Source: Mobula hypostoma | Taxonomy: Eukaryota | Direction of reading: 5' to 3' | DNA: 64,000 nt | Assembly (NCBI RefSeq): GCF_963921235.1 | Contig: NC_086109.1 | Span: 1-64,000, forward strand | Shown: positions 41,901 through 54,925 of the stretch, piece after piece | Layout: every line of letters begins with the position of its first letter | How positions within the stretch are numbered: the stretch's first letter is position 1 | The notes under the pieces: model-generated | Databases searched by the model: none | Seen by the model: only the letters and a program-made list of their open reading frames with translations | What the model was told of the DNA's origin: nothing | Program-made: the position numbers and the translations under genes

Positions 41901-44900
41901 GGGATTGGAGTGGGTAATAGACACGGGGAGTGGTGTAGGGGATTGGAGGGGATAGTAGACGCGGGAGGTGTGTAGGGGACTGGAGTGGATAATAAACACG
42001 GGGAGTGGTGTAGGGGATTGGAGGGGATAGTAGACACGGGAGGTGTGTAGGGGACTGGAGTGGATAATAGACACGGGAGGTGTGTAGGGGATTGGAGTGG
42101 ATAAAAGACACGGTAGGTCTGTTGGGGACTTGAGGGGATAATAGACACGGGCAGTGGTGTGGGGGACTGGAGTGGATAATAGATACGGGCAGTGGTGTGG
42201 GGGACTGGAGTGGATAATAGACACGGGCAGTGGTGTGGGGGACTGGAGTGGATAATAGACACAGGGTGTGGTGTAGGGGACTGGAGTGGATAATAGACAC
42301 GGGAGGTGTGTAGGGGATTGGAGTGGATAATAGACACAGGGTGTGGTGTAGGGGACTGGAGTGGATAGTAGACACGGGAGGTGCGTAGGGGACTGGAGTG
42401 GATAATAGACGCGGGCAGTGGTGTAGGGGATTGGAGGGGATAGTAGACACGGGAGGTGTGTAGGGAACTGGAGTGGATAATAGACACGGGAAGTGTGTAG
42501 GGGATTGGAGTGGATAATAGACACGGCAGGTGTGTAGGGGATTGGAGTGGGTAATACACACGGGGAGTGGTGTAGGGGATTGGAGGGGATAGTAGACACG
42601 GGAGGTGTGTAGGGGACTGGAGTGGATAATAAATACGGGGAGTGGTGTAGTGGATTGGAGGGGATAGTAGACACGGGCGGTGTGTAGGGGACTGGAGTGG
42701 ATAATAGACACGGGAGGTGTGTAGGGGATTGGAGTGGATAATAGACACGGTAGGTCTGTAGGGGACTGGAGGGGATAATAGACACGGGCAGTGGTGTGGG
42801 GGACTGGAGTGGATAATAGATACGGGCAGTGGAGTGGGGGACTGGAGTTTATAATAGACACGGGCAGTGTTGTGGGGGACTGGAGGGGATAATAGACACG
42901 GGAGGTGTGTAGGGGACTGGAGGGGATAATAGACACGGGAGGTGTGTAGGGGATTGGAGAGGATAGTAGACACGGGAGGTTTGTAGGGGACAGGAGTGGA
43001 TAATAGACAGGGGGAGTGGTGTAGGGGTCTGGAGGGGATAATAGACACGGGCAGTGGTGTGGGGGACTGGAGTGGATAATAGAAACGGGCAGTGGTGGAG
43101 GGGACTGGAATGGATAATAGACACTGGAGGTGTGTAGGGGACTGGAGTGGATAGTAGACAGAGGGTGTGGTGTAGGGGATTGGAGTGGATAATAGAAACG
43201 GGCAGTGGTGTAGGGGACTGGAATGGATAATAGACACGGGAGGTGTGTAGGGGACTGGAATGGATAATAGACACGGGAGGTGTGTGGGGGACTGGAGCGG
43301 TTAATAGACACGGGAGGTGTGTAGGGGATTGGAGTGGATAATAGACACGGGAGGTGTGTAGGGGACTGGAGGGGATAGTAGACACGGGCAGTGGTGTAGG
43401 GGACTGGAGTGGATAATAGACACGTAAGGTGTGTAGGGGACTGGAGTGGATAATAGACACAGGGTGTGGTGTAGGGGACTGGAGTGGATAATAGACACGG
43501 GAGGTGTGTAGGGGATTGGAGGGGATAATAGACACGGGAGGTATGTAGGGGATTGGAGAGGATAGTAGACATGGGAGGTGTGTAGGGGACTGGAGTGGAT
43601 AATAGACAGGGGAGTTTTGTGGGGGACTGGAGTGGATAATAGACACAGGGTGTGGTGTAGGGGACTGGAGTGGATAATAGACACGGGAGGTGTGTAGGGG
43701 ATTGGAGTGGATAATAGACACGGTGGGTGTGTAGGGGACTGGAGTGGACAATAGACACGGGAGGTGTGTAGGGGACTTGAGTGGATAATAGACACGGGAG
43801 GTGTTTAGAGGATTGGAGTGGATAATAGACACGGTAGGTGTGTAGGGGACTGGAGTGGATAATAGACACGGGCAGTGGTGTGGTGGACTGGAGTGGATAA
43901 TAGACACAGGGTGTGGTGTAGGGGACTGGTGTGGATAATAGACCCGGGAGGTGTGTAGGGGATTGGAGTGGATAATAGACACGGGCGGTGGTGTGGGGGA
44001 CTGGAGTGGATAATAGACACGGGCAGTGGTGTGGGGGACTGGAGTGGATAATAGACACGGGCAGTGTGTGTGGGGGACTGGAGTGGATAATAGACACAGG
44101 GTGTGGTGTAGGGGACTGGAGTGGATAATAGACACAGGAGGTGTGTAGGGGACTGGAGGGGATAATAGACACGGGAGGTGTGTAGGGGACTGGAGAGGAT
44201 AATAGACACGGGGAGTGGTGAAGGGGATTGGAGGGGATAGTAGACACGGGAGGTGTGTAGGGGACTGGAGTGGATAATAGAAACGGGCCGTGTTGTAGGG
44301 GACTGGAATGGATAATAGACACTGGAGGTGTGTAGGGGACTGGAGTGGATAGTAGACACACGGTGTGGTGTAGGGGATTGGAGTGGATAATAGAAACGGG
44401 CAGTGGTGTAGGGGACTGGAATGGATAATAGACACGGGAGGTTTGTAGGGGACTGGATTGGATAATAGACACGGGAGGTGTGTGGGGGACTGGAGCGGTT
44501 AATAGACACGGGAGGTGTGTAGGGGATTGGAGTGGATAATAGACACGGGAGGTGTGTAGGTGACTGGAGGGGATAGTATACACGGGCAGTGGTGTAAGGG
44601 ACTGGAGTGGATAATAGACACGTGAGGTGTGTAGGGGACGGGAGTGGATAATAGACACGGGCAGTGTTTTGGGGGACTGGAGGGGATAATAGACACGGGA
44701 GGTGTGTAGGGGATTGGAGAGGATAGTAGACACGGGAGGTGTGTGGGGGTCTGGAGTGGATAATAGACACGGGCAGTGGTGTGGGGGACTGGAGTGGATA
44801 ATAGACACAGGGTGTGGTGTAGGGGAATGGAGTGGATAATAGACACGGGAGGAGTGTAGGGGATTGGAGTGGATAATAGACACGGTGGGTGTGTAGGGGA

Positions 44901-47520
44901 CTGGAGTGGATAATAGACACGGGAGGTGTGTAGGGGACTTGAGTGGATAATAGACACGGGAGGTGTGTAGAGGATTGGACTGGATAATAGACACGGTAGA
45001 TGTGTAGGGGACTGGAGTGGATAATAGACACGGGCAGTGGTGTGGGGGACTGGAGTGGATAATAGACACAGGGTGTGTTGTAGGGGACTGGAGTGGATAA
45101 TAGACACGGGAGGTGTGTAGGGGATTGGAGTGGATAATAGACACAGGGTGTGGTGTAGGGGACTGGAGTGGATATTAGACACGGGAGGTGTGCAGGGGAC
45201 TGGAGTGGATAATAGACGCGGGCAGTGGTGTAGGGGATTGGAGGGGATAGTAGACACGGGAGGTGTGTAGGGAACTGGAGTGGATAATAGATACGGGAAG
45301 TGTGTAGGGGATTGGAGTGGATAATAGACACGGCAGGTGTGTAGGGGACGGGAGTGGGTAATAGACACAGGGTGTGGTGTAGGGGACTGGAGTGGATAAT
45401 AGACACGGGCAGTGTTGTCGGGGACTGGAGGGGATAATAGACACGGGAGGTGTGTAGGGGATTGGAGAGGATAGTAGACACGGGAGGTGTGTGGGGGTCT
45501 GGAGTGGATAATAGACACGGGCAGTGGTGTGGGGGACTGGAGTGGATAATAGACACAGGGTGTGGTGTAGGGGAATGGAGTGGATAATAGACACGGGCGG
45601 TGTGTAGGGGATTGGAGGGGATAATAGACACGGGAGGTATGTAGGGGATTGGAGAGGATAGTAGACATGGGAGGTGTGTAGGGGACTGGAGTGGATAATA
45701 GACACGCTGAGTGGTGTGGGGGACTGGAGTGGATAATAGACACAGGGTGTGGTGTAGGGGACTGGAGTGGATAATAGACACGGGAGGTGTGTAGGGGATT
45801 GGAGTGGATAATAGACACGGTGGGTGTGTAGGGGACTGGAGTGGATAATAGACACGGGAGGTGTGTAGGGGACTTGAGTGGATAATAGACACGGGAGGTG
45901 TGTAGAGGATTGGACTGGATAATAGACACGGTAGATGTGTAGGGGACTGGAGTGGATAATAGACACGGGCAGTGGTGTGGGGGACTGGAGTGGATAATAG
46001 ACACAGGGTGTGTTGTAGGGGACTGGAGTGGATAATAGACACGGGACGTGTGTAGGGGATTGGAGTGGATAATAGACACAGGGTGTGGTGTAGGCGACTG
46101 GAGTGGATATTAGACACGGGAGGTTTGCAGGGGACTGGAGTGGATAATAGACGCGGGCAGTGGTGTAGGGGATTGGAGGGGATAGTAGACACGGGAGGTG
46201 TGTAGGGAACTGGAGTGGATAATAGATACGGGAAGTGTGTAGGGGATTGGAGTGGATAATAGACACGGCAGGTGTGTAGGGGACGGGAGTGGGTAATAGA
46301 CACAGGGTGTGGTGTAGGGGACTGGAGTGGATAGTAGACACGGGAGGTGTGTAGGTGACTGGAGTGGATAATAGACGCGGGCAGTGGTGTAGGGGATTGG
46401 AGGGGATAGTAGACACGGGAGGTGTGTAGGGAACTGGAGTGGATAATAGACACGGGAAGTGTGTAGGGGATTGGAGTGGATAATAGACACGGCAGGTGTG
46501 TAGGGGATTGGAGTGGGTAATAGACACGGGGAGTGGTGTCGGGGATTGGAGGGGATAGTAGACACGGGAGGTGTGTAGGGGACTGGAGTGGATAATAAAC
46601 ACGGGGATTGGTGTAGGGGATTGGAGGGGATAGTAGACACGGGAGGTGTGTAGGGGACTGTAGTGGATAATAGACACGGGAGGTGTGTAGGGGATTGGAG
46701 TGGATAAAAGACACGCTAGGTCTGTTGGGGAATTGAGGGGATAATAGACACGGGCAGTGGTGTGGGGGACTGGAGTGGATAATAGATACGGGCAGTGGTG
46801 TGGGGGACTGGAGTGGATAATAGACACGGGCAGTGGTGTGGGGGACTGGAGTGGATAATAGACACAGGGTGTGGTGTAGGGGACTGGAGTGGATAATAGA
46901 CACGGGAGGTGTGTAGGGGATTGGAGTGGATAATAGACACAGGGTGTGGTGTAGGGGACTGGAGTGGATAGTAGACACGGGAGGTGTGTAGGGGACTGGA
47001 GTGGATAATAGACGCGGGCAGTGGTGTAGGGGATTGGAGGGGATAGTAGACACGGGCGGTGTGTAGGGGACTGGAGTGGATAATAGACACGGGAGGTGTG
47101 TAGGGGATTGGAGTGGATAATAGACACGGTAGGTCTGTAGGGGACTGGAGGGGATAATAGACACGGGCAGTGGTGTGGGGGACTGGAGTGGATAATAGAT
47201 ACGGGCAGTGGTGTGGGGGACTGGAGCGGTTAATAGACACGGGAGGTGTGTAGGGGTTTGAGTGGATAATAGACACGGGAGGTGTGTAGGGGACTGGAGG
47301 GGATAGTTGACACGGGCAGTGGTGTAGGGGACTGGAGTGGATAATAGACACGTGAGGTGTGTAGGGGACTGGAGTGGATAATAGACACGGGCAGTGTTGT
47401 GGGGGACTGGAGGTGAATAATAGACACGGGAGGTGTGTAGGGGACTGGAGGGGATAATAGACACGGGAGGTGTGTAGGGGATTGGAGAGGATAGTAGACA
47501 CGGGAGGTTTGTAGGGGACA

Positions 47521-50500
47521 GGAGTGGATAATAGACACGGGGAGTGGTGTAGGGGACTGGAGGGGATAGTAGATACGGGCAGTGGTGTAGGGGATTGGAG
47601 GGGATAATAGACACGGCAGGTGTGTAGGGGACTGGAGTGGATAATAGACACGGGGAGTGGTGTAGGGGATTGGAGGGGATAGTAGACACGGGAGGTGTGT
47701 AGGGGACTGGAGTGGATAATAGAAACGGGCAGTTGTGTAGGGGACTGGAATGGATAATAGACACGGGAGGTGTGTAGGGGACTGGAATGGATAATAGACA
47801 CGGGAGGTGCGTGGGGGACTGGAGCGGTTAATAGACACGGGAGGTGTGTAGGGGATTGGAGTGGATAATAGACACGGGAGGTGTGTAGGGGACTGGAGGG
47901 GGTAGTAGACACGGGCAGTGGTGTAGGGAACTGGAGTGGATAATAGACACGTGAGGTGTGTAGGGGACTGGAGTGGATAATAGACACAGGGTGTGGTGTA
48001 GGGGACTGGAGTGGATAAAAGACGTGGGAGGTGTGTAGGGGATTGGAGGGGATAATAGACACGGGAGGTATGTAGGGGATTGGAGAGGATAGTAGACATG
48101 GGAGGTGTGTAGGGGACTGGAGTGGATAATAGACAGGGGTGTGGTGTGGGGGACTGGAGTGGATAATAGACACAGGGTGTCGTGTAGGGGACTGGATTGG
48201 ATAATAGACACGGGAGGTGTGTAGGGGATTGGAGTGGATAATAGACACGGTGGGTGTGTAGGGGACTGGAGTGGATAATAGATACGGGAGGTGTGTAGGG
48301 GACTTGAGTGGATAATAGACACGGGAGGTGTGTAGAGGATTGGAGTGGATAATAGACACGGTAGGTGTGTAGGGGACTGGAGTGGATAATAGACACGGGC
48401 AGTGGTGTGGTGGACTCGAGTGGATAATAGACACAGGGTGTGGTGTAGGGGACTGGAGTGGATAATAGACACGGGAGGTGTGTAGGGGATTGGAGTGGAT
48501 AATAGACACGGGCAGTGGTGTGTGGGACTGGAGTGGATAATAGACACGGGCAGTGGTGTGGGGGACTGGAGTGGATAATAGACACGGGCAGTGGTGTGGG
48601 GGACTGGAGTGGATAATAGACACAGGGTGTGGTGTAGGGGACTGGAGTGGATAATAGACAGGGGTGTGGTGTGGGGGACTGGAGTGGATAATAGACACAG
48701 GGTGTGGTGTAGGGGACTGGATTGGATAATAGACACGGGAGGTGTGTAGGGGATTGGAGTGGATAATAGACACGGTGGGTGTGTAGGGGACTGGAGTGGA
48801 TAATAGATACGGGAGGTGTGTAGGGGACTTGAGTGGATAATAGACACGGGAGGTGTGTAGAGGATTGGAGTGGATAATAGACACGGTAGGTGTGTAGGGG
48901 ACTGGAGTGGATAATAGACACGGGCAGTGGTGTGGTGGACTGGAGTGGATAATAGACACAGGGTGTGGTGTAGGGGACTGGAGTGGATAATAGACACGGG
49001 AGGTGTGTAGGGGATTGGAGTGGATAATAGACACGGGCAGTGGTGTGTGGGACTGGAGAGGATAATAGACACGGGCAGTGGTGTGGGGGACTGGAGTGGA
49101 TAATAGACACGGGCAGTGGTGTGGGGGACTGGAGTGGATAATAGACACAGGGTGTGGTGTAGGGGACTGGAGTGGATAATAGACACGGGAGGTGTGTAGG
49201 GGATTGGAGTGGATAATAGACGCGGTGGGTGTGTAGGGGACTGCAGTGGATAATAGACACGGGGAGTGGTGTAGGGGAATGGAGTGGATAATAGACACGG
49301 GATATGTGTGGGGGACAGGAGTGGATAATAGAAACGGGCAGTGGTGTCGGGGACTGGAATGGATAATAGACACGGGAGGTGTGTAGGGGATTGAAGTGGA
49401 TAATAGACAGGGGGAGGTGTGTACGGGCCTGGAGGGGATAATAGACACGGGCAGTGGCGTGGGGTACTGGAGTGGATAATAAACACGGGCAGTGTGTAGG
49501 GGATTGGAGGGGATTGTAGACACGGGAGGTGTGTAGGGTATTGGAGTGGATAATAGACACGGGGAGTGGTCTAGGGGATTGGAGAGGATAGTAGACACCG
49601 AAGGTGTGTAGGGGACTGGAGTGGATAATAGACACGGGAGGTGTGTAGTGGACTGGAGTGGATAATAGACACGGTAGGTGTGTAGGGGATTGGAGTGGAT
49701 AATAAACAAGGGGAGGTGTGTAGGGGACTGGAGGGGATAATAGACACGGGCAGTGGTGTAGGGGACTGTAATGGATAATAGACTCGGGAGGTGTGTCGGA
49801 GGCTGGAGTGGATAATAGACACGGGCAGTGGTGTGGGGGACTGGAGGGGATAATAGACACGGTAGGTGTGTAAGGGATTGGAGTGGATAATAGACACGGG
49901 AGGTGTGTAAGGAACTGGAGTGGATAGTAGACACGGGCAGTGGTGTAGGGGACTGGAGTGGATAATAGACACGGGCAGTGGTGTAGGGGATTGGAGTGGA
50001 AATTAGACACAGGGTGTGGTGTAGGGGACTGGAGTGGATAATAGACACGGGAGGTGTGTAGGGGATTGGAGTGGATAATAGACACGGCAGGTGTGTAGGG
50101 GACTGGAGTGGATAATAGACACGGGGAGGTGTGTACGGGCCTGGAGGGGATAATAGACACTGGCAGTGGTGTGGGGGACTTGGGTGGATAATAGACGCGT
50201 GCAGTGGTGTAGGGGATTGGAGGGGATAGTAGACACGGGAGGTGTGTAGGGGACTGGAGTGGATAATAGACGCGGGCAGTGGTGTAGGGGATTGGTGGGG
50301 ATAGTAGACACGGGAGGTCTGTAGGGAACTGGAGTAGATAATAGACACGGGAAGTGTGTAGGGGATTGGAGTGGATAATAGACACGGCAGGTGTGTAGGG
50401 GATTGGAGTGGGTAATAGACACGGGGAGTGGTGTAGGGGATTGGAGGGGATAGTAGACACGGGAGGTGTGTAGGGGACTGGAGTGGATAATAAACACGGG

Positions 50501-53500
50501 GAGTGGTGTAGGGGATTGGAGAGGATAGTAGACACGGGAGGTGTGTAGGGGACTGGAGTGGATAATAGACACGGGAGGTGTGTAGGGGATTGGAGTGGAT
50601 AATAGACACGGTAGGTCTGTAGGGGACTGGAGGGGATAATAGACACGGGCAGTGGTGTGGGGGACTGGAGTGGATAATAGATACGGGCAGTGGTGTGGGG
50701 GACTGGAGTGGATAATAGACACCGGCAGTGGTGTGAGGGACTGGAGCGGTTAATAGACACGGGAAGTGTGTAGGGGTTGGAGTGGATAATAGACACGGGA
50801 GGTGTGTAGGGGACTGGAGGGGATAGTAGACACGGGCAGTGGTGTAGGGGACTGGAGTGGATAATAGACACGTGAGGTGTGTAGGGGACTGGAGTGGATA
50901 ATATACACGGGCAGTGTTGTGGGGGACTGGAGGGGATAATAGACACGGGAGGTGTGTAGGGGATTGGAGAGGATAGTAGACACGGGAGGTGTGTAGGGGA
51001 CAGGAGTGGATAATAGACACGGGCAGTGGTGTGGGGGACTGGAGTGGATAATAGACACAGTGTGTGGTGTAGGGGATTGGAGTGGATAATAGACACGGGA
51101 GGTGTGTAGGGGATTGGAGGGGATAATAGACACGGGAGGTATGTAGGGGATTGGAGAGGATAGTAGACATGGGAGCTGTGTAGGGGACTGGAGTGGATAA
51201 TAGACACGGGGAGTGGTGTAGGGGACTGGAGGGGATAGTAGATACGGGCAGTGGTGTAGGGGATTGGAGGGGATAATAGACACGGCAGGTGTGTAGGGGA
51301 CTGGAGTGGATAATAGACACGGGGAGTGGTGTAGGGGATTGGAGGGGATAGTAGACACGGGAGGTGTGTAGGGGACTGGAGTGGATAATAGAAACGGGCA
51401 GTTGTGTAGGGGACTGGAATGGATAATAGACACGGGAGGTGTGTAGGGGACTGGAATGGATAATAGACACGGGAGGTGCGTGGGGGACTGGAGCGGTTAA
51501 TAGACACGGGAGGTGTGTAGGGGATTGGAGTGGATAATAGACACGGGAGGTGTGTAGGGGACTGGAGGGGGTAGTAGACACGGGCAGTGGTGTAGGGAAC
51601 TGGAGTGGATAATAGACACGTGAGGTGTGTAGGGGACTGGAGTGGATAATAGACACAGGGTGTGGTGTAGGGGACTGGAGTGGATAAAAGACGTGGGAGG
51701 TGTGTAGGGGATTGGAGGGGATAATAGACACGGGAGGTATGTAGGGGATTGGAGAGGATAGTAGACATGGGAGGTGTGTAGGGGACTGGAGTGGATAATA
51801 GACAGGGGTGTGGTGTGGGGGACTGGAGTGGATAATAGACACAGGGTGTCGTGTAGGGGACTGGATTGGATAATAGACACGGGAGGTGTGTAGGGGATTG
51901 GAGTGGATAATAGACACGGTGGGTGTGTAGGGGACTGGAGTGGATAATAGATACGGGAGGTGTGTAGGGGACTTGAGTGGATAATAGACACGGGAGGTGT
52001 GTAGAGGATTGGAGTGGATAATAGACACGGTAGGTGTGTAGGGGACTGGAGTGGATAATAGACACGGGCAGTGGTGTGGTGGACTCGAGTGGATAATAGA
52101 CACAGGGTGTGGTGTAGGGGACTGGAGTGGATAATAGACACGGGAGGTGTGTAGGGGATTGGAGTGGATAATAGACACGGGCAGTGGTGTGTGGGACTGG
52201 AGTGGATAATAGACACGGGCAGTGGTGTGGGGGACTGGAGTGGATAATAGACACGGGCAGTGGTGTGGGGGACTGGAGTGGATAATAGACACAGGGTGTG
52301 GTGTAGGGGACTGGAGTGGATAATAGACAGGGGTGTGGTGTGGGGGACTGGAGTGGATAATAGACACAGGGTGTGGTGTAGGGGACTGGATTGGATAATA
52401 GACACGGGAGGTGTGTAGGGGATTGGAGTGGATAATAGACACGGTGGGTGTGTAGGGGACTGGAGTGGATAATAGATACGGGAGGTGTGTAGGGGACTTG
52501 AGTGGATAATAGACACGGGAGGTGTGTAGAGGATTGGAGTGGATAATAGACACGGTAGGTGTGTAGGGGACTGGAGTGGATAATAGACACGGGCAGTGGT
52601 GTGGTGGACTGGAGTGGATAATAGACACAGGGTGTGGTGTAGGGGACTGGAGTGGATAATAGACACGGGAGGTGTGTAGGGGATTGGAGTGGATAATAGA
52701 CACGGGCAGTGGTGTGTGGGACTGGAGAGGATAATAGACACGGGCAGTGGTGTGGGGGACTGGAGTGGATAATAGACACGGGCAGTGGTGTGGGGGACTG
52801 GAGTGGATAATAGACACAGGGTGTGGTGTAGGGGACTGGAGTGGATAATAGACACGGGAGGTGTGTAGGGGATTGGAGTGGATAATAGACGCGGTGGGTG
52901 TGTAGGGGACTGCAGTGGATAATAGACACGGGGAGTGGTGTAGGGGAATGGAGTGGATAATAGACACGGGATATGTGTGGGGGACAGGAGTGGATAATAG
53001 AAACGGGCAGTGGTGTCGGGGACTGGAATGGATAATAGACACGGGAGGTGTGTAGGGGATTGAAGTGGATAATAGACAGGGGGAGGTGTGTACGGGCCTG
53101 GAGGGGATAATAGACACGGGCAGTGGCGTGGGGTACTGGAGTGGATAATAAACACGGGCAGTGTGTAGGGGATTGGAGGGGATTGTAGACACGGGAGGTG
53201 TGTAGGGTATTGGAGTGGATAATAGACACGGGGAGTGGTCTAGGGGATTGGAGAGGATAGTAGACACCGAAGGTGTGTAGGGGACTGGAGTGGATAATAG
53301 ACACGGGAGGTGTGTAGTGGACTGGAGTGGATAATAGACACGGTAGGTGTGTAGGGGATTGGAGTGGATAATAAACAAGGGGAGGTGTGTAGGGGACTGG
53401 AGGGGATAATAGACACGGGCAGTGGTGTAGGGGACTGTAATGGATAATAGACTCGGGAGGTGTGTCGGAGGCTGGAGTGGATAATAGACACGGGCAGTGG

Positions 53501-54925
53501 TGTGGGGGACTGGAGGGGATAATAGACACGGTAGGTGTGTAAGGGATTGGAGTGGATAATAGACACGGGAGGTGTGTAAGGAACTGGAGTGGATAGTAGA
53601 CACGGGCAGTGGTGTAGGGGACTGGAGTGGATAATAGACACGGGCAGTGGTGTAGGGGATTGGAGTGGAAATTAGACACAGGGTGTGGTGTAGGGGACTG
53701 GAGTGGATAATAGACACGGGAGGTGTGTAGGGGATTGGAGTGGATAATAGACACGGCAGGTGTGTAGGGGACTGGAGTGGATAATAGACACGGGGAGGTG
53801 TGTACGGGCCTGGAGGGGATAATAGACACTGGCAGTGGTGTGGGGGACTTGGGTGGATAATAGACGCGTGCAGTGGTGTAGGGGATTGGAGGGGATAGTA
53901 GACACGGGAGGTGTGTAGGGGACTGGAGTGGATAATAGACGCGGGCAGTGGTGTAGGGGATTGGTGGGGATAGTAGACACGGGAGGTCTGTAGGGAACTG
54001 GAGTAGATAATAGACACGGGAAGTGTGTAGGGGATTGGAGTGGATAATAGACACGGCAGGTGTGTAGGGGATTGGAGTGGGTAATAGACACGGGGAGTGG
54101 TGTAGGGGATTGGAGGGGATAGTAGACACGGGAGGTGTGTAGGGGACTGGAGTGGATAATAAACACGGGGAGTGGTGTAGGGGATTGGAGAGGATAGTAG
54201 ACACGGGAGGTGTGTAGGGGACTGGAGTGGATAATAGACACGGGAGGTGTGTAGGGGATTGGAGTGGATAATAGACACGGTAGGTCTGTAGGGGACTGGA
54301 GGGGATAATAGACACGGGCAGTGGTGTGGGGGACTGGAGTGGATAATAGATACGGGCAGTGGTGTGGGGGACTGGAGTGGATAATAGACACCGGCAGTGG
54401 TGTGAGGGACTGGAGCGGTTAATAGACACGGGAAGTGTGTAGGGGTTGGAGTGGATAATAGACACGGGAGGTGTGTAGGGGACTGGAGGGGATAGTAGAC
54501 ACGGGCAGTGGTGTAGGGGACTGGAGTGGATAATAGACACGTGAGGTGTGTAGGGGACTGGAGTGGATAATATACACGGGCAGTGTTGTGGGGGACTGGA
54601 GGGGATAATAGACACGGGAGGTGTGTAGGGGACTGGAGGGGATAATAGACACGGGAGGTGTGTAGGGGATTGGAGAGGATAGTAGACACGGGAGGTGTGT
54701 AGGGGACAGGAGTGGATAATAGACACGGGCAGTGGTGTGGGGGACTGGAGTGGATAATAGACACAGTGTGTGGTGTAGGGGATTGGAGTGGATAATAGAC
54801 ACGGGAGGTGTGTAGGGGATTGGAGGGGATAATAGACACGGGAGGTATGTAGGGGATTGGAGAGGATAGTAGACATGGGAGCTGTGTAGGGGACTGGAGT
54901 GGATAATAGACACGGGGAGTGGTGT
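47521..54925. repeat. Near-identical tandem duplication, 2 x ~3,669 bp, each copy containing a nested 525-bp duplication
   Basis: ORFs 47828-49486/51497-53155, 49571/53240 and 50003/53672 have identical translations at offset 3,669. Nested markers GACAGGGGTGTGG at 48132/48657 and GATACGGGAG at 48281/48806. Confidence 0.95.
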
